From Carcharhinus longimanus (lineage: Eukaryota): a DNA stretch of 64,000 nucleotides. Below are positions 12,563 through 25,845 of this stretch, piece after piece. The first letter of the stretch is position 1, and the number at the start of each line of letters is the position of its first letter. The stretch covers positions 51,933,809 through 51,997,808 of the forward strand of contig JASCQW010000109.1 in NCBI GenBank assembly GCA_030264375.1. Direction: 5' to 3'. A model generated the notes under the pieces. That model was not told the DNA's origin, ran no database searches, and worked only from the letters and a program-made list of their open reading frames with translations. A program made the position numbers and the translations under genes.

Positions 12563-13787
12563 TGAGCTCAAGACAGAATAAAAAATGAATTAAAAAAAGA
12601 AAGCATCAACTGCATTAGAGAGAAGCAATCTTTGCTTTGAAGGGAGGCCACTTGATGGTAACTTGCTTTGAAGAACATCTTGCCAGAGCTTGTTAAAGAC
12701 TGATAAATGATTCAGAGGTGTAATAATTTCTTCATGGAAACAATTGCTGTTCAATTCTGTTTCCATTTAAAACTTAAACTTTAGTTTAGTATTTTGCTGT
12801 AACCATCTGCTTCAGTCATTCCTGTTCTCAGACCTGGCATCTATTTGACAATGACAGAAAAAATTCAATCACTCTCAGCTATTAGAGGAATTGATAAATA
12901 TTTACAATTACATCCTCCTTTGTGGCAATGATCAAGTAATTCTCAAAAACCCAAAAGAAAATACACAACTCAATTTACCATTTTGCTTTAGTTTCAAAGA
13001 ATCATTTACATAAGTGTATAAAGCTACTATTTATACTCCCATGATCTCAGAAACTGTGCTTTCAACCATGCATCACATGGCTTCTGCTGGCTTCTATACA
13101 GTTTTTTACTTGTTAATAAAACCCTTTGTATTCCTGATGTAGTCTGCAGAATGCATCATTACAGTCTCTGAATGTTTGCTGGAGAGAACTCACAAAGCAG
13201 CTGTCAGAACTGAGCATTTGTTAAGTTTGGGCTATTTGATGTTGTTGGTGCATCTGTTTTTTAAACTGATCATAGAATCGTAGAATGGTTACAGCACAGA
13301 ATGAGGCCATTTGGCCACCTCAGGTCTGTGTAGGGTCTCTGCAAAAGCAATTTAGCTACTCCCACTCTGTCAATTTTCCCATGACCCAAAATGGTTTCCC
13401 TTTAGCTGCATCTCCAATTCCCAGATTGAATTTCCTTCCAACACCCAGATTGTGTTGTAATATGCTTTAAGAGATGGTAGCATGTCACCATTAGAAGGGA
13501 AGTGAGTCATGTGATACTGACCTGTAGCTTGGCATTGAGCTTTGAGAAAAGCGCTGCACCTGCAAATCTAGAATTTAACACTTTTAATGTAAGAATTTTG
13601 TAAGGACATTTCAAAGCTGCATTTCAGAAAATTGCACTGTTGATTCTTCTGTAGTAGCTGTTATGAAAACATAACAGATCATAGTCACTCACAACATTAA
13701 AAAATGTATTTCTCATATCACCTTTGATTCTTTGGAATAAATTTATAGATGAATCCTCCAGTTCTCACCTTTCTGCCAATGGTTTTA

Positions 13788-14640
13788 CATAAGAACATAA
13801 GAAATAGGAGCAGGAGTAGGCCATCTGGCCCTTCGAGCCTGCCCCGCCATTCAATAAGNNNNNNNNNNNNNNNNNNNNNNNNNNNNNNNNNNNNNNNNNN
13901 NNNNNNNNNNNNNNNNNNNNNNNNNNNNNNNNNNNNNNNNNNNNNNNNNNNNNNNNNNCACACAGTACTCCAGCTGCGGCCTCACCAATGCCCTATACAG
14001 CTGCAGCAAGACCTCCCTACTTTTATATTCAATCACCCTCGCTATGAAGGCCAGCATCCCATTGCTTTATCCACTTTGTTCTTACCCCTCATTATTTGAA
14101 CATCTCTCTCAAATCCCATCTCAATCTTTTCTTGTTTAAGGAAAAGAAACCCAGCTTTTCCAATTTTTCTACATAACTGAAGTCTTTCATCCTTTGATCT
14201 ATTCTTGTAAGGATTTCCTGCACCGTCTTGAAAACCTTCATATTCTTCCCAAAGCGTGATGTCCAGAATTGAACATAATACTCTTGATAAGGCCAAACCA
14301 GTGTTTTATAAAGATTAATCATACTTTCCTTGCTTTTGTACTCTGTTCCTCTATATTTAAAACCCTTTTAACCATATTTTTCAATCTGCCCTGCCACCTT
14401 CAATAATTTATGCACAACTGCCTCTGGGTCTCAATGTTGCTGAACCACCTTTAGACTGGTAACCTTTATTTTCCATTGTCTGTTCTCATTCTTCACACCA
14501 GAATGTGCCACTTCATATTCCTCTGCATTAAGTTGCATCTGCCTCTTGTCTGAGCATCCTGTCAGCCTATGTCATCATGAAGTCTGCAACTTTCCTACTT
14601 ACAGTTCACAATCGTTTCAAGGTTACTTGGAAATTTCATA
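13788..14640 (-). mobile_element. CR1 fragments (a young copy with a gap plus an older copy)
   Basis: Encodes MLAFIARVIEYKSREVLLQLYRALVRPQLEYC and has a cataagaa tail. Confidence 0.85.
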
Positions 14641-14999
14641 ACTGACTCCTCCGCCAGCATTCTTTCTCCCAAATCCTGTAATATTCTCCTCAAATAATAC
14701 TGTCAGTTTGGCGGCGGGCGGGGGGGTGGTGGTGGTGGATGGAATACAATTCTATTGTCAGTAGACCATAAACCTCAGTCCCAGGGTAATGCTCTGAGGA
14801 CCTGGATTTGAATCCCACCATGACAGATGGTGAGATTTTAATTCAATAAAAAAAATCAACCTGGAATTCAAAGTCTAATGGAAACCAATAAACCATTGCT
14901 GTTACATGTGCTGATAAACCTCAGGATGTTAACTCTAACCCTGTTCACGAAAACCAGAGCCTGAAGATTGGAAGGCACTGCACAACTAATTGTGCCGGG

Positions 15000-15375
15000 A
15001 GAGGCAGTGGTGCAGTGATATTGTCGCTTGACTAGTAATCTAGAGACCCAAGGTAATGTGTTGGGGACAATGGTTTGAATCCCACCATGGCAGATGGTGA
15101 AATTTGAGTTCAATAAAAATCTGGAATTAAAAAAACTAATGATGACCATTGTCAATGATCACAAAAACCCATCTGGTTCACTAATGTCCTTTAGGGAAGG
15201 AAATCAGTCATCCTTACCTGGTTTGGCTTACATGTGACTCGAGATCTACACCAATGTGATTTATTCTTAAATGATCTCTGAAACAGTCCACTCAGTTCAA
15301 GGGCAATTAGGGAATGGGCAATAAATACTGGCTCAGATATTGATGGCCACATCCCATGAATGAATAAAAAAAATC
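15000..15375 (+). mobile_element. tRNA-derived SINE sharing its 3' tail with an L2/CR1-clade LINE (partial copy at 14760-14890)
   Basis: Head gaggcagtggtgcagtg..ggtttgaatccc; tail gggcaattagggaatgggcaataaa..cccatgaatgaataaaa. Related copies at 30170-30512 (+) and 55878-56068 (-). Confidence 0.8.
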
Positions 15376-16473
15376 CTCTTTCTTTCATACTTACCAGGAA
15401 TATTTAGTACCCAGTTCAGTTTAGATCTCTGTAATTGTAGTAATGTCATCTGAATTTGGCTACACATCCAGCCCCAACTCTGTTCTAGCCTTTTAAAATA
15501 CCTTCCATAATGTTTCTAATATAATATCCAAACTTGGTGTGAATGATCACACTGGTGGTTTTGCAAATGTCTCCAGTTCCTGGAAAGATCAATAAAAAGC
15601 TAGAATCTGGAAGAAATGCTGGCAGTTCTCCTTCCTCAATGCAAACTATTTTCTATTAATATTCATCAGTGGGACTTGTGGGATGTCTCATCTGCCCACG
15701 TCTAACCTTCACCCTCACCTCGCAACCCAATCCTAGTCAAACTTTGGGCCTTTGTTGCAATGGTTGTATGTGTCCAGTAGCACAGTGCTGTCGAGATAGA
15801 TACTGGTATGTGGCACCAGGGGAAAGTAGACTAGGTTAAACTAGGTATAATTTAAAGTGAAGATTAACTTTCTCACTATATTTCAGTTGTTTGGCCTTTC
15901 AACCACTTGAACGCCTGGAGTGCAGACCTGAGTTTCACTTACCTGTATTTTTAAAAAGCTTTCATGGGTTGTAGGTGTCGCTGGTAAGGCCACTATTTGT
16001 CACCCTCACTCAATGCCCTCGAGAAGGCAGTGGAGAACCACTTTGTTGAACTGCTGCAGTCCGTCTGGTGTACCTACACCCACAGTGCTGTTAAGAAGGA
16101 GATTACAGGTTTTGACCCAATGGCAGTGAAAGTCTTTATATAGGTCTTCATATACCTGCCTGATTTTAGTGGGCAAGTTATTTGCATCCAGCATTAGTTT
16201 TGTTTTATAGAATCTTACAGTGCAGAAGGCCAATTGGCCCGTTGAGTCTGCAGTGACCACAACCCCACGCACTGTACTGATCCAACCCAGTGACACAGCT
16301 GGGCTCCAGGGTCCAAAAGCATGACACTGTCCTTGAAGGCCAGCTTGACATGGCGACTGAGGGCAGACACCAGACTGTCCCAGCATCTGAAGCAGTGCAG
16401 CACTATGGCAGATGGGCTTTGCATGTTATACTCATCTCAAAGTCTCTGGTGAACTGAAAATCATCTTGTGCAT

Positions 16474-16627
16474 AAGATAATAGCAAAATACAGCAGATGC
16501 TGAAATCTGAAACAAAAGCAGAAAATGCTGGAGAAACTCAGCAGGTCTGACAGCATCTGTGGAGGGAGAATAGAGCCAACATCTTATCTTTGGCTGACCC
16601 ATGACCCAGACTTGAAATGTTGGTGAC
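16474..16627 (-). mobile_element. Penelope-like short element (family B)
   Basis: Body gcagatgctgaaatctgaaacaaaagcagaaaatgctgg; 12-bp TSD catcttgtgcat at 16462-16473 and 16628-16639. Confidence 0.75.
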
Positions 16628-17109
16628 CATCTTGTGCATGTCATCCCACCAAATTTATCAATTTGGTTTGACGCCAACATAATTTCTCACTAGGGTGACA
16701 CAAGATTGCAAGGCCTGACGGGGTGCCAGCAGCAGCTGTTTTGATGAGCCTTCATGTGATGCAAATGAATGCAAATGGAACCCGTGCCATCTGCCATTGG
16801 GAAGACCAATGGCCATTGGGGGAAATGCAATCTGATTTTATATCACGGGTTTCTGATTTTTTGGCTCTCACGGATTCTCTGTGCCCATCTGTTAGCAAAC
16901 CTGCGATGGGGTAGCTAGGAGAATTCTGCCTTATTTCTCCATTCCTTCACTGCCACCTGGTCAAAAGCTGTAATCTCCTTCTTAACAGCACAATGGGTGT
17001 AGTTACACCAGATGGACTGCAACAGTTCAACAAGGTGGTTCACCACTACCTTCTTGAGGGCAATTAATGATGGATGATAAATGGTGGCCTTGCTAGCGAC
17101 ACACTTAAA

Positions 17110-17452
17110 AAACACTTAGAAACCCAACAATGCAGAAGGAGGCCATTCAGCCCATCATGTTTGCACCAGCAACAATCCCACCTTGAATTTAACCCTGTCA
17201 CCCCACATATTTACCCTCCTAACCCCTCTAACCTACACATCCTGGGATGCTAAGGGGCAATTTAACATGGTCAATCAACCTATCCCGTACATCTCTGGAC
17301 TGTGGGAGGAAATTGGAGCACTCGGAGGAAGCTCACTCAGACATGGGGAAAACGTGCAAACTCTACACAGACAGTGACCCAAGCCAGGAAGCCGACCCCA
17401 GGTCACTGGAGTTGTGAGGCAGCAGTGCTAACCTCAGTGCTAACTGTGCCAC
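17110..17452 (-). mobile_element. HE1/V-SINE-type SINE
   Basis: Reverse complement of the 7985-8298 type. Confidence 0.85.
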
Positions 17453-18645
17453 CCACAACTCATGCAAGCTTTTTAAAACTAAAGGCAAGTAAAACTCAGA
17501 TCCGCACTCCAGTTGTTCAAGTGGTTGGAAGGACAAACAACTGAAACATAGTGAGAAAGTTAACCTTCACTCTAAATCATACCTAGTGTAATGAAGTAGA
17601 TTTCTTTCAGATTCGTACTGTGTAAATTCGCAATGCTGTAGCGTCTAACTCATTCCCAGTGATGAGTGTCACTATGGTATTTCGACAATTTTAATCACAG
17701 CAACAGTGGATGGCCTTGTTGGAGATCTGACCAAGCTAGACTTTAATACTGTCAGAGTGGTTCCTCTGCAGTCAGACTCCTTTTCCGTCAATCCCTCTAG
17801 TTGTGTTTATCATTCCAACCCTTCTGCATAGATAATATGTCTAATGTACTCCACTTATTTTCTTTTGATATTATCTTCTTCTGGCCTCATTCTTCATTAG
17901 TGCTTTTCTTTGCCCAGTTTACCCTTGGGGTCATTCTTAATCACCACATTTCAAAGCTGTTGATCTTTTTTTCTTTCTCTTTCCTAAGGCTCCAAGCCTC
18001 ATATCCGTAATTCATTATTGAACAGACAGAAAGTTTTACACCACATGGATTCTTGTTTCAAGACTCAAGCTGACATTTCTTAGAATGCTACTTAATTTTG
18101 TAAAATTATTTTGGCATTTTCAATCATTCTTTAGATTTTTATATTGCTTTTGATAAGTGGGTAGTATCCCTATTGTGGTATAATGTGTTAATAGTTATGG
18201 TAATAATATAGTTATGATACTATTTCATGATGTAACAGTGACATCAGTAGTCATGTGCTAGGGAGTCTGTAGAATAGTCTGCACACAAGAGAGACGTATT
18301 TACTTAATAGCTTAGCATGTATATGTTAAAAATCAAGTCATTTTGAAATAACCTACCTGAGTCACACATGATTAGTAAAGATTAGGCCATGAGAAACCTT
18401 GAGTATATCTACCTTTGAGTCAGAAGCTCTGGGTTTGAGTCCCACCCCAGCACTTGATGGCCATGAAAGGCACATTAATGGCATGGCTACACAGGTTGAC
18501 TGCCATCCTGTAAATCCTTCCAGTATGCCTGCAGCTAGTGATAAGACTGGCAATTTCCCAGTCAGCCAGAACGTGCAGGAGGCGAAGACAAACCAGAGCA
18601 GTACCTTGCCAACCATAACTATGGCCAACATATCAAAGTCCATGG

Positions 18646-18934
18646 GCTGACGTTTCAAGTCCAGGTGACCCTACGTCACAGTCTTGACAAAGGGTCATCT
18701 GGACGCGAAACGTCAGCTCTTTTCTTTCCTTGCAGATGCTGTAAGAAGTCTCACAACACCAGGTTAAAGTCCAACAGGTTTATTTGATAGTAAATGCCAC
18801 AAGCTTTCGGAATGCTGTTCGTCAGATGAGCCTGCATCTCCACATCATGCTTATAGATGCTGCCAGACCTGTTGAGATTTTCCAGCGTTTTCTCTTTTGG
18901 TTTCAGATTCCTGCATCTGCAATAATTTGCTTTT
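18646..18934 (+). mobile_element. Penelope-like family B element containing a nested family A fragment (18742-18847)
   Basis: 16-bp TSD atatcaaagtccatgg at 18630-18645 and 18935-18950; palindromic head at 18646-18717. Confidence 0.8.
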
Positions 18935-19454
18935 ATATCAAAGTCCATGGTTGCCAACACCCTTTTACAGTATGGTACCTGAAAAGAGAGAGGGAGAGAG
19001 CTGCTGATTTTGACAGCGTGGGTTGCTATGCTTCCTAGATAGTTGAATTCACTGACGTCTCCTAACTTCTTTCTGGCTCTGATGTTGCAAAGTGCATGTC
19101 CTTTGCCTTTGTCATTACCACAGTGTAAATTTTCTTGCAATTAAGTGTAAATTGGTGCCAGCCCCTTTCTTTAACCAGAGTATTCATTAATTTTTGCAAG
19201 TCTTCTGCACTTGTTGTAATAGAAGATATTGTTGATGACTCTCCCTCCTACCCCTATTGAATTTAGGTTAATCATTTTACTTAGATTGATAATTAGAAGA
19301 AGAATCAAGGTAGCATGATGATTGCGAAAGAGCATGGACCGTTATGTAGATAAAATTCAAATATTTACAAGTAAAACTTTGCCAACGTTTCATCAAAATA
19401 ACACAACATATTTAAATGCCATTTTGTTCTCTTTCCAATGCCTATTCTGAGATA

Positions 19455-19585
19455 TGGGGTGGAATTTTCCAGTCCCGCCTGCCACAGGAATTGTAGAGGG
19501 CAGAACACAGACCATTGTAAAGTCCATCAACCTCAGGTGGGATGTTTCGGTTTCGGGCCAAGTACGGCCAGAAGAATCCCGCCTG
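19455..19585. mobile_element. Short MITE (related copies at 25582-25699, 35006-35133, and split at 49457/51403-51490)
   Basis: Imperfect TIRs gggtggaattttc / gaagaatcccgcc and a shared internal aaggtcc(a/g)ttgacctc motif. Possibly PIF/Harbinger-derived (inference). Confidence 0.7.
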
Positions 19586-22264
19586 CATTACCAAGATTGC
19601 AGATGGTGGAGAATGGAAGGCATAATTTTATCTTGGGCTGTAAATTAAACCAGATACAGTGCTTGCAGTCTCACAGCTTTCATTGGAAGTTCTTGCGTTG
19701 GCATTTTCCTCATGATTACAAAATGGATTGTTCTCGAAATAGCGGCTGCCAGTCTCACCTCACAATTTTCGTGCTCACGAAGGCTGTTATTGCACAACTT
19801 CAAAAAGTTTGGCACAGTTTTAATAGAGTAGACTCCATATTTGGTGCTAAACTTAACTCCAGCTTAATTTAGACCTCACTTCTGATTGAGTGGCTGCAAG
19901 CTCATCATTTATTTTTCAAGTGCTGAAACAGTAGAGATAATCCGTGCTGAAAATTTCTGCAGCAGTGTTTCAAATTTCACAACTGTGGGAGCATAAATAA
20001 AGCCTCTGAAAATGTAGTTTACATGTTATAACAAAAGGAACTATTCCTCTATATAAGGAAATGTATTTAATTTTATAAATAAGTTTAGAGTATCACAGTT
20101 GGCTTTTCAGAAAGTGAATTTGCAACGTGGTATTTCCCTAGAGTCTCGTGGAAGGAATGAATACAGGATACACAGTATATGAATTTAAACACAATATGGC
20201 TTTATTCATTGGATATAAAACACTTGACTGAGATTAGCTGTAGGGGACATCTGTTTCCCTGTTCCATTGCCAACTGACTGAAATGTCCTTGGATTTTCAG
20301 AAAGGGTTTTAGGCCTTCTTGTCGCTGACAACATGTATTTCCACTTTGCAGTATTTCGTGTTTTTTATTCAAGTCAACTTTTTTTAAAAAACAGAAGAGG
20401 GCAATCTTGCCAATAAAATTCAAGTCCAGAACAAGCAGGAAAACAGGAGAGTTTCAGATGTGTTTTTTTTTGGTGAGGCCACTAGTCAAATCTTTCGCAC
20501 TTTGTGCAATAAAAAAATCCCTCGATCTGATTTCCACCTATAGTGGGAGTGGGAGTGGGAGTGAAATCACCTCAAAGCCGGCTGATAGCAGCAGAGGGAA
20601 CCATTACACATGTGCAAGTCTTTGACCTCAGAGCCGCAGAGACCTGTTGGTGCCTCTGCTGCTAATAACCTGCCGGCCTCTGTTGGCCCTGCATCCTCAC
20701 CACCTCCATACTACTGCAGAGCTCAGCTGCCATTCAAAACCTCTCCCTTGCCCAGAGTAATCGCATGGTGTAGACACAAGGCTGAATGTGCCAGATAGAT
20801 ATCTGGTGCTGACAAGATTGCGATAGGCAAGAATTTGGACGCGAACCTGATTTCTCAGTTATTGCGTAATCTTACCAGCTTGCCTTGTCCATCAACCGAT
20901 GGGACGCAATGATAAGATCACCGCCAAAGTGTTTAGAATGACAGTGTCCAGTTAAATTGGCTATTCCACAGCTGGTTACACCTGCAAATGAGCTGTGAAA
21001 ACAAGCTACAACCAAAGATCAAATCTCTTTGGTTAATTAATCAAGATCAAGAAAGCATTGGCTATGAATTAAAAGGCAAATATATCTTCAAAATGTATTT
21101 GATGATCAGACTTTTGCATATCTCTTATTATTGACGATTGGGTTGTCTCCTGATCTTGTGAATACTTTGCTGAATTAATGATGTCAGTTGGCACTTGCCT
21201 GAATGATATAAAAATATTATATCTGCTACTTTACTTTGTTCTGAATTTCCATCCTGCAGTCACCTTGATCCCATTTTACTTCATCTACAACCAAGGCCTA
21301 CAATCACTAGTAAGTCACTAGCAAATTACAAGTGCATGTTTGACCCTTTGCTAGTTGGATGCTAGGCATCAGCAACTCATGACTACCAGGCTCAGCACCA
21401 CAGTTATCTGAAAGCGTATGGGTGCACTGCTATCATCCTCCTGACCAGGACATGAACATACACCACAACCTATGGCATGGAATCATAGAATTTACTGTGC
21501 AGAATAAGCCATTTGGCCGATTGAGCCTACGCCGACAACAATCCCACCCAAATCCAATCCCTGTAACCCCACATATTTACCCTCCTACTCCCCATGACAC
21601 TAACGGGAAATTGATCATGGCCAATCAATCTAACCTGCACGTCTTTGGAGTCCCACCAGTTGGAGTTGCGGAGCTTCAGCAGCAGTTGTTTAATTTTCTA
21701 CAATCAGGTCATAGTAAGCACAGCACCATGGATAATTATATTCAGGAGCAATGATTTTACAAGTAATGCCCACCCTGCTACTATACGAGATCAGTTAAGT
21801 CAATATAGATTGGAAGTCCAACTTGCGTTATTTCTGCTCTGTATAATGGTACTCTGTATAATAGTACTCAGTGAAAAAGCTCAGACAAAACTTGCATTAA
21901 TATTTTTCCTTTGGGACTGACCTTACTTTGGGTCCAATTCTTAATTTAATTTTTATTCTTTTCAAAGCACACATCTCTCTTGACCTAGCTGTGATGCAGG
22001 AGCATCTCTCTCTGCATCATTTTCCTTTTAACACGCTGAGTTCCAGATACATTCTGGTCCTCAAATCAGTCCAACAGAAACGAGACAGAGCCGGCATTAA
22101 TCTGTTAACACTGTTCATTAGGGTGAGATTTCGGTGTGGCAGATTAACAAATGTTAGCCTTGCCAGTAATGCTCACATCCCATAAAATAACAAAGTTAAC
22201 GGAATGGCAGAAGGGGGAACTGTTGTAAACAGTTATTATTCAGACTGGTAGAATGTAAACGGTA

Positions 22265-22652
22265 CAGTAAGAAGTCTCAAGACACAAAGTTAAAGTCCAA
22301 CAGATTTATTTGGTATCACAAGCTTTCGGAGCGCAGCCCCTTCATGATCTGATGAAGGCAATGTGACTTTACGAGCTTGCCTTGTCCGTCAGCTGACAGG
22401 CTGCAATGGTAAGATTGCCCCAAGTGTTTAGAATGACAGTGTCCAGTTAAATTAGCCATATCCACAGCTGGCTACACAACAGATGATCTGTGAAAACAGG
22501 CTTCAACCAACTAATCAGAAAGATCAAATCTCACCTGATGAAGAGGCAGCACTCTGAAAGCTCGCGCTATCAAATAAACTTGTTGGACTTTAACCTGGTG
22601 TTGTGAGACTCTTTACTGTCCCACCCCAGTCCAACGCCAATATCTCCACATC
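22265..22652 (+). mobile_element. Palindromic Penelope-like family A element with a captured genomic spacer, inserted in a CR1 RT fragment (22200-22940)
   Basis: Arms at 22265-22345 and 22535-22619; TSD aatgtaaa(c/t)ggta at 22252-22264 and 22653-22665. Confidence 0.85.
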
Positions 22653-25294
22653 AATGTAAATGGTAGTTCTCCCCAAGGGTCACTTCAAGGACCACTGCCC
22701 TTTCTGATCTATGTTATTGACTTTGACTTGGGTGTGCAGATGACATGAAACTTTGAAGTATTGTGAGAATAGGGATAGACTTAAAGAGAACATAGACAGG
22801 CTGGTGTGATAGGCAGATAATGCATCAGATGAAATTTAACACAGAGAAATGGAAGTGATACATTTTTGGAAGACTGAGGAGAGGGAACATAAACTAAAGA
22901 AAGAGTGAAATTCAAAAGGAATGCAGGGACAAAGAAACCTAGCTGGGAGTATACTCATTTGAGTAAAAATCAAGTTAACAAATTGACAACCCTTTAAAGA
23001 GCTATTTTAACAAAACCAAATCTTTAAAGGAAACATACCTAATTGAGACCAAAATGTTTTGAGCAGAGATGATGCACTCCAGCACACACATGCACGAGAT
23101 CTTCCGTAACCCTATCAGTAGAGATCATGTGCTCTTTCTCCGTGAACATTTGTACACAGACCTATCAAAGGATGATTTCTCTAATTCCCTGGCTTGTTCA
23201 GGAGTCAGCGACCCAACATATACAGTAAGAAAAATATATAAGATGGGGCAGCACAGTATGTAGAAGGGTGCATGAACTTGTTTGCTGGCATGACATAGTG
23301 AAGTTGGAACAGGGTGTCCATTTATAAACTTCTAAGTGCCATTTGTCATAACTTGAATGTTGTAATATCGACGATCGCCTGTAGGTCATTTGTGGAAAAG
23401 AAATACACCCTGATTAATGAAGTAGGATGGTGCATTGGACTATGTTGATCACTTTCCGAAAATATGAATTGGTGAATTAAACATTATATTCTTAAAAAGA
23501 ATATGTTTTCATTAAAAATTGCTTTTGTACAGTTATACTGACTTTTTTAGTACCTCGTGTTGTATTTGTGCACTTACTGAATAAAAGGTCATTTCGGTCT
23601 GCTTACATTTATAAATACACATAAATATTTAAATCCACCATTAGTCTTGGGGCTGAGAGAAAATCTTACATTCTCTAATTCATTTCCTTTAAAAAGGCTG
23701 CCCCGTAGTTGCATACAGGCCAGCTCGGGGGTGGGGGGGGGGGGGGGGGGTGGGGGTGGGGGGNNNNNNNNNNNNNNNNNNNNNNNNNNNNNNNNNGAGA
23801 GTGGCTGAGGGACATCATCGCCTCCACCACTCAAATAATGGAGGCGGGTGTCAACCCCCACCCACAACACAGGCATGAGGGTGACCTGATTTCCCTCCCC
23901 CCTCAGGTCCCCCACCAAGCTCTCCTCCCTCTCAGACCCCTACTCCTCCCTTATAGCCCCATTCAGGTCCCGTGCCTTGGCAATGCCAATGGTGCACTGA
24001 CCCCTGGCACTGACAATCTTGTCTGTCACCTTAGACCCTGGAAAGGAGTGAAGGAGATAGGTCCGGTGCCCGTGTGCCCTCTGCTACTGCCAGGGTGCAG
24101 AGGAAGAGTTTTCCAAGGGTCCTAGAGGTTGGGTGGTTCAAGCTGGGTACAAGAGGTTGATCTCGGCATTGTCTCCCGGGCTGGGGCTCCCATGGCTGGG
24201 TTGCCCTTTCCAGCACTGGCAGACTGAAGATCACCCCTGGCATGGTGATTTCAGGCAGCTGTGTAATCAACATCCTCATTCCTGTCTGTCAGCTGTGAAG
24301 ACTTTGAAGTGGCCTGGTCACTTTAATGTCCATCTGGCTGACTTTCAAGTCACAGCACTCCATTCTACATCAGAGATTTCATTTTCTCATTGTCAGAAGC
24401 TGCAGCTGTGAGAATATCTATTTTGAATCCTCTGACTGACAGTGATACTCACTTTCAGTGGGAGCAGGTGTTTCCCATCTATCTCCACAGTTGTTCACTC
24501 AGCCTCATTGTTTTAATATTGCATTTATCTCAAGTCTCTGAGCCTTCATAAAAAGCTCAGAGTCATTGAAACATCTTCTAACCCTTTGAAAACCTTTGTT
24601 TCCAATTCAATTACATGCCAGTCCTTTTAAACTCTCATTTGATTGACAGCCTAATGGTTTTTATTCAGCATACAGTCAGCTGTATTTATCTGTTTTTCCT
24701 TTCACAGTTGGCTGCTTCTCAGGTACCTCATTATTCCTAATTGCAATGTTTATATAAAAGAGGAACAGAGACACAGTTAGCTCTTGTGAAGTTGCTTGCA
24801 GCTTTGACCAACATTCCCAGTGTTAGAAAGGGAAGTCCGGCCATGAGACCCTCATCCTGGGGGCAAGTGGTAAGATGAAACTCTTTCACCTAGCCCCAGC
24901 CCACCCAATCCCCAGGACCCTAGGGGACCCTTCCATTGCAGCCTGGCAGCTGCAGAAGACACATGCAAACTGGCTTTACCTCTTTGATTTGTTTTTGGGG
25001 TCTTGCACACGAGCTCCATGATTGTCAGGACCTGTACTGAAGCTTACCTTGTGCCAACCTCACTGGGGAGGTGGGTGAATCGTGTGAGGGAATTGAATCA
25101 GGCTTCAGATCCCCTGATTACATTTAAAATTTGAATAATTATTGGATTCCTGGCTGTTCTGGCTGGGAGCCCAGTTGGGGTCAGCCTGGCAGGCTGGGAA
25201 CATCGTGAAAGCCATTTTTTGTCCAACACCCGATTGTCTGGGCCAATACGATCACCATCTGGAGCTAGCAGGCCGGAGATTCACCCCCATCATT

Positions 25295-25845
25295 TCATTG
25301 GAGGCACTTCAGAGAAGGTTCATTCAGATGAGCCCCAGTATGGAAGGATTGTCTTATAGAAAAAGGTTAAACAGTTTCAGAAGAATGAGAGGTAATCTCA
25401 TTGAAATGTATAGGATTCTTAAGGGACTTGACAGGGTAAATGCTGAGAGAATGTTTAGACCAGAGGGCCTAATCTCAGAAGAAAGGGGCACCAATTTAAG
25501 ACTCAGATGAGGAGGAATTTCTTCTGAGGGTTGAGTATCTTTGGAACTCCTGGCTGCACAGAGCTGTAGGGACAGCGTCCTTGGGTGGAATTTTCCTATC
25601 CCACTAACCATGGGAATCGTAGTGAGTGGGACACAGGCCAGGCAAAGGTACATTGACTTAGGTGGGTTTTTCTGGTCTTAGGGCCAGAAAATCCTGCCCT
25701 TGTGTATATTTAAGGAAGAGATAGAAAGATTTTTGATTAGTAATGGAATCAAGGGCTACATGGAAAGGGTAGGAAAGTGGATGTGGGCTATGTTGGATCA
25801 GCCATGATCCTATTGAACGGCAGAGCAGGCTCGAGGGGCTGAATG
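25295..25845 (+). mobile_element. CR1 3' fragment with a MITE insertion
   Basis: Encodes LEALQRRF..RRMRGNLIEMYRILKGLDRV and has the tail gatcagccatgatc..gaatggcctactc. Confidence 0.85.

Larger units (their letters stand above)
15835..17590. repeat. Inverted duplication: 15835-16131 versus 16945-17590, the right arm interrupted by a SINE
   Basis: ctaggtataatttaaagtgaagattaactttctcactat is the reverse complement of atagtgagaaagttaaccttcactctaaatcatacctag; similarity continues into the shared LINE tail. Confidence 0.9.

Noticed and set aside
13451-13676. TG...CA bounded LTR-like segments (also ~18170-18400 and ~23055-23220)
   Set aside because: No matching TSD or second copy to support the call.
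19438-19872. 144-aa plus-strand ORF
   Set aside because: It runs through a MITE and has no recognisable domain or splice context.
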